Assembly: GCA_001661245.1 (NCBI GenBank)
Contig: KV454012.1
Coordinates: 1,848,418-1,912,417 of the forward strand
DNA from: Pachysolen tannophilus NRRL Y-2460
Taxonomy: Eukaryota
Direction: 5' to 3'
Length of the DNA: 64,000 bases
The translations under genes were made by a program, and so were the position numbers. Below, in pieces: positions 22,849 to 35,213 of the stretch. The notes beneath the pieces are model-generated. The model had not been told where the DNA came from. It saw only the letters and a program-made list of their open reading frames with translations, and ran no database searches. Position 1 is the stretch's first letter. The number at the start of each line of letters is the position of its first letter.

Positions 22849-25701
22849 TTAATTACCATTAACGACTTTTATTTCTGAAGCATTCTCTTCCTTGGATTTG
22901 AGTTCAGCCAGATCTGGAACTGAAGTAGTTGACAGAATTGCAGCAGAATGAGCATCACCCATTGGTTCGTCATGATCAGAAGGTTCAGCTTGATCTTCGT
23001 CCATCTTCTCAGGTTCTAGTGAACCCTTTGTGTTCTCTTCTTCCTTTTCCTTATCTATCCCATCATTGTCATTTTCTTTTTGTTTTTCTTTTTCTTTTTC
23101 TTTTTCGTTTTCGTTTCCATTTTCATCATTTTTAGCGTCTTCTAATTTTTCTATTTTTTCTACTTTTTCTACTTTTTCTTCTTTTTCTTCTTTTTCTTCT
23201 TCTTTCTTCTCCTTCTCTTTCTCCTCCTTTTCTTCTTTTTCTTCATCTTTTAAATCCTTTTTGTCTTCCTCCTGTACCTCTTCAACTTTGCCCTTTTCTC
23301 CCTCTGTTTCCCTTCCAACTTCAACTTCAACTTCAACATCAACATCATTTTTTTGATCTTTTTGTTCTTCCTTCTCTCCATCATTCTTTGTACCTTCAGC
23401 AATTATATCTTTTTTCTCTTCATCGTTTTGTCCGTTTTCTCCGTTTTTCTTCTTGGATTCTTCAATATTTTTTGAAGTAAGATCTTCCTTTCTTATTTCT
23501 TCCCCTTCGTTGACATCTTCTTCTTCGTCGTAATTTTCATCTTCTTCTATATGTCTTATAGGAGCCTCATAAACTTCCTTTACCTTGTTGGATTCAAGGT
23601 TTTCATGGCCAGTTTCTTGTTTTTCTGGTTTTAACTCTTTCAGATCCTCATCCATTGGTTCTGCTTCTTCTTTTTCGAAAGGAGTCAATTTGATAGATTC
23701 ACCTTCTTGTTGAGTAGGTTTAACTATTTCCTTTTCGATATCCTGAATTTGAACTTGCAGTGTTTGCCTTTCACCATTTTTTTGAGTTTTTGATGAATCA
23801 ACAATGGAAACTGGTTCTATACTCTTTTCACTAACTTCAGATGATTGTTTTAAAAGATCTTTTGACTCTTGAGGTCCTGGAGTAACCGATTTATCTCTTT
23901 TATCAGAATCTGCTCCACTTCCTGTAGTCTTTGGAGTATCCGTCCTTTCTTTTCTTTTTCTTTGCTTTTTAGGTGGTTCATCAGAAGTCCCACTAGCTGA
24001 ATGAGGTTTTGGACCTCTTTTAGTTTTCTCCTTTTTCTCTTTTTTCACTATTTTAGAATCCTTTGATTCTTCCAATTCTCTCTTCAAGGATAAAGGTTGA
24101 ACTTGTTGGGTCAGATTAATATTAGGTATTGCCTGCAGTTGTTGCTGTAGAGCATAACTTTGCATTGGTGGGGCACCTGTAGCCAGCATCAGCGGAGGTG
24201 GTTGAGATAAGAAAGGTTGTTGGTGAAGAGGAGGAGGAGGTTGCTGTTGTTGCATCTGTAATTGACCAACTGGTGGTTGTGGATGTTGTGGATGTTGCTG
24301 CTGTTGTTGTTGCTGTTGTTGTTGTTGTTGCTGCTGCTGTTGCTGTGGGTCACCTGATTGAGGTAACATTCCTGTTGGCAATCTAGGTTGATGAGTTTGT
24401 GGAGGAGGAGGAGAAATCGATTGATTTAAATTACCTCCTTTTTCTTGATAATTAATCAATTGGTTTAATCTTTCCTGAATATGAGGATTATTTGGATCTA
24501 ACCTTGCTGCATGTTTATAAGCATCCAAAGCATCTGTAAATTGACTATTACATGTTTCGTATAAGGTACCCAAATCATACCAAACTTCAGAGATATATGG
24601 ATTTAATCTAATAGCTCTTGTATAAGCATCTAATGCATCTCTATATTGAGCGATTTGGTAATATAGAACACCTATAGAGCACCAAAAAGTTGGATTTCTA
24701 GCGTCTCTATTTACAGCTTGTTGGAATGAATCATAAGCACTTGTATAATCACCTCTTGACATGTAAACTCTACCTAAATGATACCAAGTATGAGCATCAG
24801 TATTATCCAATTCTAAAGATTGGGCCAAGAATCTTAATGAAGTATCTAAATCTAAGAAGCTTGCTTCTTGTTGAGAATATAAACAACCCAATTGTTGTAA
24901 AACTTTTGCATGTCTTGGATTTGCTTGTAAAACTCTTTCATAAGCATCTCTAGCTCCATTAAAATCTCTTTGTTGTTCTAATATAGCACCTATTTGGAAC
25001 CAAACATCTGGTTGTGTTAAAGGAGCAGGAGGATTTTGTAAAATATATTTAAAACATTCTAAAGCTTGAGAAAATTTTCCTTGATGTTTATAAATAATAC
25101 CCAATCTAAAATAAATTTCACTTGCTTTTTCAAAATTTGGATCCAATTCTAATACTCTTGCAAATGCTTCTTCAGCATATTCTAAAGATCCATATCTATC
25201 ATATAATATACCAATTCCATGCCATAATTTAGGAACATTTGGATTTTGTAAATGATATAAAGCTTGTTGATATGCAGCATAAGCTCTTTGTAAATCATCC
25301 AACATCAAATAACAATGACCCAATAACCCCCAAGTTTCTCCATTTTCTGGTTGTACATTCAAAGCACGCTGGTATTGTTCCAGAGCTTTCCCAAATAAAT
25401 CTCTTGATCTAAAAATATTTGCCAATGAAGTAAGCGCTATTGGATTATTTGGTTGATGTCTTAAAGTATTATCAAAAGCAGCCGCTGCTCTATCAATATC
25501 ACCTACTGCTTCAGCAAGTGATCCAACAGCTAACCAAGTTTCCGCGGTTGATTGTGTCAAAAGTTCTTCCACATTCTGTGGTTGTTGTTGTTGTTGTTGT
25601 TGTTGCTGCTGCACTTGCTGCTGTTGTTGTTGCACTTGTTGTTGTTGTGAGCGGTTATCTATTAAAGCGCCATTCGACTGACTACCACTTGTTAGATTCA
25701 T
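22849..25701 (-). CDS. CYC8: General transcriptional co-repressor Cyc8/Ssn6 (TPR repeats)
   Basis: Poly-Q, then TPR array (AETWLAVG, WGLLGHCYLMLDDLQRAYAAYQQALYHL, LWHGIGILYDRYGS, NPTFWCSIGVLYY); long E/K-rich tail. First ATG is at 25701. Confidence 0.97.
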   Translation of the reverse strand: MNLTSGSQSNGALIDNRSQQQQVQQQQQQVQQQQQQQQQQPQNVEELLTQSTAETWLAVGSLAEAVGDIDRAAAAFDNTLRHQPNNPIALTSLANIFRSRDLFGKALEQYQRALNVQPENGETWGLLGHCYLMLDDLQRAYAAYQQALYHLQNPNVPKLWHGIGILYDRYGSLEYAEEAFARVLELDPNFEKASEIYFRLGIIYKHQGKFSQALECFKYILQNPPAPLTQPDVWFQIGAILEQQRDFNGARDAYERVLQANPRHAKVLQQLGCLYSQQEASFLDLDTSLRFLAQSLELDNTDAHTWYHLGRVYMSRGDYTSAYDSFQQAVNRDARNPTFWCSIGVLYYQIAQYRDALDAYTRAIRLNPYISEVWYDLGTLYETCNSQFTDALDAYKHAARLDPNNPHIQERLNQLINYQEKGGNLNQSISPPPPQTHQPRLPTGMLPQSGDPQQQQQQQQQQQQQQQQQHPQHPQPPVGQLQMQQQQPPPPLHQQPFLSQPPPLMLATGAPPMQSYALQQQLQAIPNINLTQQVQPLSLKRELEESKDSKIVKKEKKEKTKRGPKPHSASGTSDEPPKKQRKRKERTDTPKTTGSGADSDKRDKSVTPGPQESKDLLKQSSEVSEKSIEPVSIVDSSKTQKNGERQTLQVQIQDIEKEIVKPTQQEGESIKLTPFEKEEAEPMDEDLKELKPEKQETGHENLESNKVKEVYEAPIRHIEEDENYDEEEDVNEGEEIRKEDLTSKNIEESKKKNGENGQNDEEKKDIIAEGTKNDGEKEEQKDQKNDVDVEVEVEVGRETEGEKGKVEEVQEEDKKDLKDEEKEEKEEKEKEKKEEEKEEKEEKVEKVEKIEKLEDAKNDENGNENEKEKEKEKQKENDNDGIDKEKEEENTKGSLEPEKMDEDQAEPSDHDEPMGDAHSAAILSTTSVPDLAELKSKEENASEIKVVNGN

Positions 25702-26013
25702 AGTCAAGCCTCAATTAATAGCAATATGATATATTGTTAATATAATTATAATATAATATTGCAATATAAGTACTATTATTCTATGGGCGGTTAATCTTAT
25801 CTTTGGTTTTTTTTTTTTTTTTGTTTTTTTTTATTTGTCCCCAGTTAAAATAACAAGAAAAAAAAAAAAAAAAAATATTATAGAAACAACCTAAAAAGAT
25901 CAAAAGCAACAAAAAGAATTAAAAAAAATATATATATTCAACGAATATATTGAATTAAATTAAATTAAATTCTAAAGAATAGAAATAAAAAGAATTTTTT
26001 CTTTTAATATTTT

Positions 26014-26233
26014 NNNNNNNNNNNNNNNNNNNNNNNNNNNNNNNNNNNNNNNNNNNNNNNNNNNNNNNNNNNNNNNNNNNNNNNNNNNNNNNNNNNNNNN
26101 NNNNNNNNNNNNNNNNNNNNNNNNNNNNNNNNNNNNNNNNNNNNNNNNNNNNNNNNNNNNNNNNNNNNNNNNNNNNNNNNNNNNNNNNNNNNNNNNNNNN
26201 NNNNNNNNNNNNNNNNNNNNNNNNNNNNNNNNN
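26014..26233. other. Assembly gap (N run)
   Basis: N run between poly(T) tracts. Confidence 0.97.
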
Positions 26234-26878
26234 TTTTTTTTTCTACTTTATTTTCTTTTTAATCTTGACTGTCGGATTTGAATTTCTGTTCATCTACAAA
26301 AGAGAAAAAAAAAGAAAGAAAAAAAAAAAGTTAAAAAGATCGCCAAATTACGTAATTTACGGATTAAGTAACGCTCTGGCCATATTAAGTATACGTTTTT
26401 TTTTTCATCAAATACTATTTATTATTTACTAGCCCTGCGGCAACTTTTTATTTTTTTTTTTATTGTATGTAAATAGTAGTATTTAAGTGTATGATGTTCG
26501 TTTTTTTTTTTATTCATGTGGCTAGTGCTATTTTTAGCGTTATTTTTTATTCTTAATATTAAAGATTCAAAAATTTACACTACTTTTCTATTGTTCTCTT
26601 GCGTTTCAAATAATCCCTAATTTCTAATTACCCGCAGCCGTCCATTACAAATTTTTTTGAATTTGGAGAAGGGAGGAGGGGTTAAAGAGAAAAAGAAAGT
26701 CAGGTGACGTGCGCGTGTATTTTAATATATTAAATGTATTAAATTTATTTATTTTATTTTATTTTATTTATTTAATGTTTATGGGTCGGAATAATAGATG
26801 CGGCGTATGGAAGGTAAGAAAAAAAAAATTAAAAAAAATATATATATATAAACACCCTACACCACACCATTTGATTGG

Positions 26879-28531
26879 TTAAATAGATTGCAATACTTTT
26901 ATGATATCTTCAGTTTTGATTATACTTTTAATGAACTTTGTCTCTAGTTTGTTTTGGTTCTGATCTTGTTGATCTTGTTCGTTTTGGGAGATGTTGTAGG
27001 ATAGATATCCATTTTCGATTTTCAACTGAATTTTGCTTGGTAAATTTGATTTTAAATTTTGTTTTAATTCAAAAATTAAAAAATCATTGCTTGAGTTTTG
27101 ATTTGTAAATGTAACATCTAATGTAGGCCGTTGAGGAGTGTTTGAGTGCAGTGAATGTAGTAGTTGTGCATTTTCCTCGATGAATGATGATAATTTTGTA
27201 TCGTCTTTTATAACATCGGTATTGGTTGGAAGAAGAGGCAGCACAATAGCAGTAGCAGTAGTAGCAGAAGTAGCAATAGCAGTAGCAGGAGGAGGCAGCT
27301 GCGCAGCCACCTCTTCTGCTACTGGTCCAGTCTTGGATATTAAAACCCTAATTAAATTGTTGACCAAAAACCATGATCTTAAATCTTGGAAAAATTCTTG
27401 CAATAAAGATGGATTTGGGAAAACTAATGATTTTAAACAAATTAATTTTGATCCAAGTAGTAATTTCAAATTAATATCCAATTTACCACTAGATAATTTT
27501 TTTAAAACAATATTATTGTTGAAAAATTTAATCATAAATTTACTAAATTCATCAGGATCTTCTTCTTGTTCATAATGCCTAACCCCCCATTTGATCATTA
27601 ATGATTCAGGAACTACAACGTTTTGTTCTTCATTTGTTGGGTTAAAGAAAAGGTTTAAACCAGCATTCAATTTATCAATTTTCTGGAAGTCTGTCCAACC
27701 AAATTCAGCAGTCCACCATTTCTCATTATTATTTATATTAGAAACAATAGTACTATTTGTAACATTATGATCCAACTCTTTGACACCAAAATATATATAA
27801 TGTGATTTATCATTGTCCTCATTTATTAAAAATCTTTCATCTTGCCATATTTTTAAAAAAATTCCTAATCTTGAATAAATATTAATCATGTATTTACCTA
27901 TTCCAATATAACCATTGTTTAAATCTTGTTCTAGTTCTTTTTCATTTAGAAAATCATTTTTTATTAAAAATTCTTCACCGTTGTTTAATTGATAATCTCG
28001 AATATCCTTTAAACATATCGATAAATTATCCAAATAATTAAATAAATCAAATTTCAGTATTGATAATTTATCTAAATTTGACAAATATTTTAAATTGGCA
28101 TTGAACTTCAGTAACTGGCTAGATTGGTCAAAACCATCCTTATTAAAACTTCCAACATCTAAATTACTAAATAATATATCATCACAATTCGGTTTCAAAG
28201 ATTTATCCACTATACTCAATTTACCGGTATTATTATTATTATCACCACTGCTATTATTCAATGCCAAAGATAATGAAACTTTTAATACAGTATTGAAGCT
28301 AGTACCAAAATCTATATCAATCAAAATAATCTTCCCAGCAATAGTTAACCTATTAATCAAATTATTTGTAGAATCATCTATTAAGTTATCCTCAGCAAAA
28401 GTTTCAAATCCATAATACGATGAAATCCTCTTGATGTTTTCAGCAGAAACTTTTCCCGGTCTTATTGAAAGTAAATAATCCGATATTTTCGTAAGCGGAG
28501 CTATCAATTCAGGATCTACTATAGATGACAT
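26879..28531 (-). CDS. MED1: Mediator subunit Med1
   Basis: N-terminal fungal Med1 motifs YGFETF, RLTIAGKIILIDIDF, FNANLKYLSNLDKLS and FDLF. Confidence 0.8.
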   Translation of the reverse strand: MSSIVDPELIAPLTKISDYLLSIRPGKVSAENIKRISSYYGFETFAEDNLIDDSTNNLINRLTIAGKIILIDIDFGTSFNTVLKVSLSLALNNSSGDNNNNTGKLSIVDKSLKPNCDDILFSNLDVGSFNKDGFDQSSQLLKFNANLKYLSNLDKLSILKFDLFNYLDNLSICLKDIRDYQLNNGEEFLIKNDFLNEKELEQDLNNGYIGIGKYMINIYSRLGIFLKIWQDERFLINEDNDKSHYIYFGVKELDHNVTNSTIVSNINNNEKWWTAEFGWTDFQKIDKLNAGLNLFFNPTNEEQNVVVPESLMIKWGVRHYEQEEDPDEFSKFMIKFFNNNIVLKKLSSGKLDINLKLLLGSKLICLKSLVFPNPSLLQEFFQDLRSWFLVNNLIRVLISKTGPVAEEVAAQLPPPATAIATSATTATAIVLPLLPTNTDVIKDDTKLSSFIEENAQLLHSLHSNTPQRPTLDVTFTNQNSSNDFLIFELKQNLKSNLPSKIQLKIENGYLSYNISQNEQDQQDQNQNKLETKFIKSIIKTEDIIKVLQSI

Positions 28532-28615
28532 CAAATATAAATTATATCTTAATCTTTACTGTTTAATTAATAAATTGTTTATATGTGTGTGTGTGTTTTT
28601 GTTTGTTTTTTTTTT

Positions 28616-29094
28616 NNNNNNNNNNNNNNNNNNNNNNNNNNNNNNNNNNNNNNNNNNNNNNNNNNNNNNNNNNNNNNNNNNNNNNNNNNNNNNNNNNNNN
28701 NNNNNNNNNNNNNNNNNNNNNNNNNNNNNNNNNNNNNNNNNNNNNNNNNNNNNNNNNNNNNNNNNNNNNNNNNNNNNNNNNNNNNNNNNNNNNNNNNNNN
28801 NNNNNNNNNNNNNNNNNNNNNNNNNNNNNNNNNNNNNNNNNNNNNNNNNNNNNNNNNNNNNNNNNNNNNNNNNNNNNNNNNNNNNNNNNNNNNNNNNNNN
28901 NNNNNNNNNNNNNNNNNNNNNNNNNNNNNNNNNNNNNNNNNNNNNNNNNNNNNNNNNNNNNNNNNNNNNNNNNNNNNNNNNNNNNNNNNNNNNNNNNNNN
29001 NNNNNNNNNNNNNNNNNNNNNNNNNNNNNNNNNNNNNNNNNNNNNNNNNNNNNNNNNNNNNNNNNNNNNNNNNNNNNNNNNNNNNNNNNNNNNN
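28616..29094. other. Assembly gap whose right flank duplicates the 5' end of MED1
   Basis: 29095 to about 29340 repeats 28369-28615 essentially exactly. Confidence 0.95.
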
Positions 29095-29531
29095 TAGAAT
29101 CATCTATTAAGTTATCCTCAGCAAAAGTTTCAAATCCATAATACGATGAAATCCTCTTGATGTTTTCAGCAGAAACTTTTCCCGGTCTTATTGAAAGTAA
29201 ATAATCCGATATTTTCGTAAGCGGAGCTATCAATTCAGGATCTACTATAGATGACATCAAATATAAATTATATCTTAATCTTTACTGTTTAATTAATAAA
29301 TTGTTTATATGTGTGTGTGTGTTTTGTTTGTTTTTNTTTTTTTTTTTAGTATTTTATTTCAGTATTTAGAAAAATTGTCATCAACAAAAATAAACACTTT
29401 TAATCTATTAAAAGAGAAGAAATTTGGGAGCAATTGCAAAAGAAAAAAAAAAGAAATCTATATGTGATAAAGATATTAACAATATAGAGTAAGTTTTATA
29501 TTTACAAGAAGTTAATAATTGAGAAATGTGA

Positions 29532-30461
<930 letters not shown>

Positions 30462-30566
30462 TTATAATTGAAAATCCACAATTCCAGTTGAATAAATATA
30501 AAAAAAAAATCTTTAATCGATATATTGTTGTCAATTGACTAATTATCAATTATTTATCTTACTGGT

Positions 30567-30853
30567 GCCAATAATGGTTGCAATCCTTCGTATTCGACAT
30601 AAAACTTGCTGAAATATTTTTTTTTCCACCAAAAAAAACAAAAAAAAAAAGTTTTTTGCACGTGACTCCACTCAATAAGATGGAAGATAATATGAAGAAA
30701 GCTGTTTGAAAACAATTACAAAAGACCTAGTTAATGTTATTACAACGATAAAAGTTAAGAGCAATATTTGAGTCAAGAAAACTTAAGAAAAGATTTGATG
30801 TGGTTTCCCGAGTTTACTGTTTGTTTTTGGCGAGTCAATGCATATCGAGTCAT
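30567..30853. promoter_or_regulatory. Divergent COQ5/orphan promoter with CCAAT, a Cbf1-type E-box and Gcn4/AP-1-like sites
   Basis: CCAAT at about 30568, CACGTGA at 30659-30665, TGAGTCA at 30769-30775, and CGAGTCA at about 30831 and 30846. Confidence 0.4.
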
Positions 30854-31263
30854 TAGAAGTATTTAATCAATTACATTTAAAGCTCAATTAAACTACAATG
30901 AAAAAAAAATTTATTTTCTCTTTGTTATGTACTAATGATAAAGCTTAGTCTGCAAGTAAGGTACTTACTGTTCCTGAAGATTTGCAAACTTGTTCTATTT
31001 CTGATTTCCAGTTTGACGTTTGACATTTGACGTTTGACTTGTGATTAGACTATTTTGAGCCGCATGAACACAAAAAAAAGCAAAATAGATGGACTTTTCA
31101 TGCATAAACGTACTTATTGAAGATCAAGTTGGATTAGTTCTGTGTTCTCTACATTAAACTTGTTTAAACTTCGTATATCATAGCTCTGTAAGATAAATCA
31201 GTATTTAGTTAATTAAAGAGTAGATCTATTTTTTAAAGGAAAAAGAAGATAAAAAAAAAAAAT

Positions 31264-32841
31264 ATGAAGTTGAATTCAACTATATTGCTTCTTTTAAATT
31301 TTACATTTTGCTCTGTTATTATCGGTGCATCAATAGGTCTGAACCATGATGTTGTAGCAAAAACACTTTTTCAACCGATTTTAACTTCTAATTTATTTAA
31401 AGGAGAGAACCTTGAATCAGATGCAAGAAAAAATGAAGATGTTTTAGTTATTCCGAGAAAATTTTTGAACGAAGAAAGTTTGAAAAATCTTGGTTTACAA
31501 GATCTAATCATTCATAGTAACAAATTCAACTTTTTAATAGATAATGCAGATGAAGCAACTTGGAAAAATCAAGAACTTCTTGTTCCTGAAAATATTAGTG
31601 CATTATTTATATTGAATACATCAGATCCAATTAATATCCCTGATAATACTACTTCAAGATCAGAAATTGGTAAATTTATTGGAGCTTCAGCACCATTCCA
31701 ATTACCACGTTATTCCAAATTAGTTGATTACTATTTGGTTGTTTCTGCAGACCAACTGAAAGATAAAAATCTCAATATTGAAAATGAATTGGAAATTATG
31801 CCATTATTCAAAGTTCCTATTATTAGACAATGTTTCAATCTTAAACCTTTACTCGTTTTCGTTTTTGAAACAGGAAACTTAAATAGTACAGAAAATGTTG
31901 AAAATTTACCAATGATGGATTTCAAAAATTATTTACCATCAAATAACGAACCAAATGAAATAAATACTTTCTTTGATAATTTTGCTAAAGATTGGTTAAC
32001 TTATCTAAAAATTGAAGATTTAATTCATTCAAGTTTCTGCACCATTAACGTTGATTCTGCAGGAAATAGTTATTGCATTAAGATTAATGAAGAAGATTCA
32101 TTTTTGGAATTATTTCCAGCTTTTAGAGAAGCTGAATTAACAAACCTTAATGATTTCTATAAGCCAGAAAATATTAAGAATTCAAAAAGAGAATTTTCAG
32201 GAAATAAAACTTCAGAAGCAAGTAAACAAGGAATGGGTACAGTGAAAATACAAGTTTCTGATCCAGAATTGAAACAAAACTTCAATTTTAAAAATTTCAC
32301 TAGAGTTAATATTTTAGAAAGTGAAAAACAATTACGTAATTATCATTTAAAGAAATTAAAAGCACAAAAGTTGAAACAAGTAGTTGAAGAAAATAAAATC
32401 AATCCAAAAGAGATAACAAACAATGTTGTTGCTTCTGTAGGTGGTGCTGTATTTGATAAGGCTAAAAATCAATTTACAGAATTTTCCTCTGACTTGAATG
32501 CTAAAGATTTGATTTTGATTCCTCTTTCAATGGCACGAGCAGGTGAAACTAAGATAACAAGTCCAAGAGATAGAGGTTACTCCCAAGTCCTAGTTCCAGA
32601 CTCAAAAATGTTGAAACAATTATCTAGTGACTCTGTTTTTCTTAAAGCTTATGGAAAGACAAACACTAAGAACAATAATGTTATCACTAAAAGATATAAT
32701 GAGAGAGAAAGATATCCAATGGTAATTCAAACTCATAAATTCTACAGAAGAACAGAAAACGAAGAAAAAGATTGTGTGGACATTACTTGGTTCAATATTT
32801 TCCATCATAGTATATTTGGGAAACCTGAATTTTGCTTATGA
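31264..32841 (+). CDS. Uncharacterised putative secreted protein
   Basis: 525-aa ORF with a signal-peptide-like N-terminus (MKLNSTILLLLNFTFCSVIIGA), N-glycosylation sequons, and a C-terminal Cys-bracketed motif CVDITWFNIFHHSIFGKPEFC. Confidence 0.7.
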   Translation: MKLNSTILLLLNFTFCSVIIGASIGLNHDVVAKTLFQPILTSNLFKGENLESDARKNEDVLVIPRKFLNEESLKNLGLQDLIIHSNKFNFLIDNADEATWKNQELLVPENISALFILNTSDPINIPDNTTSRSEIGKFIGASAPFQLPRYSKLVDYYLVVSADQLKDKNLNIENELEIMPLFKVPIIRQCFNLKPLLVFVFETGNLNSTENVENLPMMDFKNYLPSNNEPNEINTFFDNFAKDWLTYLKIEDLIHSSFCTINVDSAGNSYCIKINEEDSFLELFPAFREAELTNLNDFYKPENIKNSKREFSGNKTSEASKQGMGTVKIQVSDPELKQNFNFKNFTRVNILESEKQLRNYHLKKLKAQKLKQVVEENKINPKEITNNVVASVGGAVFDKAKNQFTEFSSDLNAKDLILIPLSMARAGETKITSPRDRGYSQVLVPDSKMLKQLSSDSVFLKAYGKTNTKNNNVITKRYNERERYPMVIQTHKFYRRTENEEKDCVDITWFNIFHHSIFGKPEFCL

Positions 32842-33106
32842 AACTTTAGAATGAAGAATAGACTATACAGACACTTTATTAACATTAACTTTTATAATTT
32901 TATTATTTATTTAAGGTAAATATTATATAGATTAAATTTCAAAAAAAAAAAAAAAAAAAAAATAGTTAAGTATAATAAACAATAATCATAGTACTAATAT
33001 TATAAAAATATATAACTGTTTTAATAAATATATAAAACTATATACAAATTCTTTTCTTCTTTCTATTTTATCATTGAAAACTTCTGAGAAATTAGATACA
33101 TATTTT

Positions 33107-34630
33107 TCATTTCTTATTGAACAATGATTTGAAGAAATCTTCAACTTTCTTCAACTTTGAATCTCCATAATTTTTCTTGTCTTCAACAGTTGATTTAGAG
33201 TCAACGCTGTCACTATTAGTGCTAGACCCTTCCTCCATTCCAGTGAATGGTTTCCAAGATGGATCGATATTAGCGGTTTTATCGTTGAAAGTATGAGCTA
33301 AAGCTTCCAAAAGGGCTTGCTGAGTACTATTTTCCGGTCTGTTAATTTTAACGTTGAAAACAACTTTTAAAAGCCCCCTATTGTTTAAACTGTTACGAAT
33401 TGGAACACCTTTATCTGGTACATTGATGACTCTTCCATTTTGCAATCCACTTGGAACTTTAAGTTTGAAAACTTCGTCATCCAAAGTCGGAATTTCAACT
33501 TGGCCACCTAGCGCAGCTGTGGTCATTGGAATATCGCAGGTATAGATCAAATCATTATTTTCTCTTTTAAATTTAGGATCAGGTTTAACTCTAACTCTAA
33601 CAATCAAATCACCTTTCAATACTCTAATATTAGGTCCTTTTGTAACATGAGGAGCATCACCTTCACCTGGAACTCTTAATCTGGTACCATCCTTGATACC
33701 CATTGGGAACTGAATCTGCGTTTCTTTTTTATGATTAACAACACCTTCACCATGACAAGAAGCACATGAATCTTCCGGATTTATAATGACACCAGTACCT
33801 TCACAAGTTTTACAAGTTGAAGCCATTTGAAAACCAGCTTGTAAGAAATGAACAGTTTGGCCAGTACCGTTACAAGTATGACAAGTAGATTTCTTTTTAC
33901 CTTTCTTCAAACCTGTTCCATCACAAGAATCACAAGAATCATATACGTTATAATCTATATTAGCATTAGTACCAAATATGGATTCTTTAAAAGATATAGT
34001 TTTCAAAATTTCAATATCTTCTCCTTGATAACTTTGTACATAAGAAGCACCACCACCTCTTGATCTTCCACCTCCTCTACCAGCTTGTTCAAAAGCGCTA
34101 GCAAATATGTCTTCAAAATTGATACCTCCAAAAGGGTTTCCAGCACCACCAAAAGGATTGCCACCACCTTGGAATGGGTTACCTCCTTGTTGACCACCGG
34201 CTCCAAATGATCCATCAAATGCCGCAGAACCAAATTGATCAAATTGCTGTTTCTTTTCCGGGTTGCTTAAAATTTCATATGCATCTTGAATGTCATGAAA
34301 TTTCTTATCAGCTCCTTCTTCTTTATTGATATCAGGATGGTATTGCTTTGCCAATTTATAGTACGCTTTTTTAATATCAGAAGAAGAAGATGATTTATCA
34401 ACTCCCAAAACTTTATAAGGATCTTGAATCAACAATTTACTGGAACTATGAAAATTTCTATATGAAGCGGATAATGACAGTCCAAGTTTACGTTGACATC
34501 CATTTTTCTTGAAATAAAATAACGACTGCGGTGGATTTTTTAATGAAAACTTTCCCGATGATAATGTCGTCAATCCACGAAAAGAAGTGCAATTTAGCTT
34601 CCTAATTGAGTTTATATAAAATCTCGGCAT
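33107..34630 (-). CDS. MDJ1: Mitochondrial DnaJ co-chaperone
   Basis: Presequence, J domain with HPD, G/F-rich region, four CxxCxGxG repeats, C-terminal substrate-binding domain. First ATG is at 34630. Confidence 0.95.
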   Translation of the reverse strand: MPRFYINSIRKLNCTSFRGLTTLSSGKFSLKNPPQSLFYFKKNGCQRKLGLSLSASYRNFHSSSKLLIQDPYKVLGVDKSSSSSDIKKAYYKLAKQYHPDINKEEGADKKFHDIQDAYEILSNPEKKQQFDQFGSAAFDGSFGAGGQQGGNPFQGGGNPFGGAGNPFGGINFEDIFASAFEQAGRGGGRSRGGGASYVQSYQGEDIEILKTISFKESIFGTNANIDYNVYDSCDSCDGTGLKKGKKKSTCHTCNGTGQTVHFLQAGFQMASTCKTCEGTGVIINPEDSCASCHGEGVVNHKKETQIQFPMGIKDGTRLRVPGEGDAPHVTKGPNIRVLKGDLIVRVRVKPDPKFKRENNDLIYTCDIPMTTAALGGQVEIPTLDDEVFKLKVPSGLQNGRVINVPDKGVPIRNSLNNRGLLKVVFNVKINRPENSTQQALLEALAHTFNDKTANIDPSWKPFTGMEEGSSTNSDSVDSKSTVEDKKNYGDSKLKKVEDFFKSLFNKK

Positions 34631-35213
34631 TTTTATAATCAATTTAAGATGGAAAAACAAACGACAAACCAAAATTATTGCACTTTTTTCTTTCTAGTTC
34701 ACTAAAGACGAAAAGATCAAAAAAACCAAAAAAATTAAAAACCAAAAAAAAAAAAAAAAAAAAAACAACTAAGTGATGAAGAAATATGTACAGGATAATT
34801 TAAATAGTTATCTCAACCGCCAAGACTCTTTCTTTTTCCTTTTTCGAAATTAATTGATGTTGGTTACAATCAATCCAAGTTATTACTGAAGTAATAAAGT
34901 CTTCATCTTTTTAAATTCTCAAATTTTTTTTATAATATTTTTTTTTTCAAGAAGGTTCTAACGAGACTCTTATTTTTGGGTATTTAATACACTACTCAAT
35001 TTACGGTACAAATTAAAATTAACAATAAGAAGAAGAGTTCATTAACTAAGTATACATCGTAAATGGCCAAAAAAAAGAAATAATGAGGATGATTAGGAAT
35101 AGTGGGTTGGAAAGTCTAGAGAGTCATAGTCAAAGTGGTAGTGGTGGTGGTCGTTGGTTAATAAAATAAAATACAAAAAAATACAAAAAATAAAAAAAAA
35201 AGAGTCTTTTGAA

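Noticed and set aside
28556..29345. Apparent tandem duplication or second copy of MED1
   Set aside because: The copy is essentially identical, flanks an N gap and ends at the same poly(T) tract. This is typical of an unmerged contig overlap, not a paralogue.
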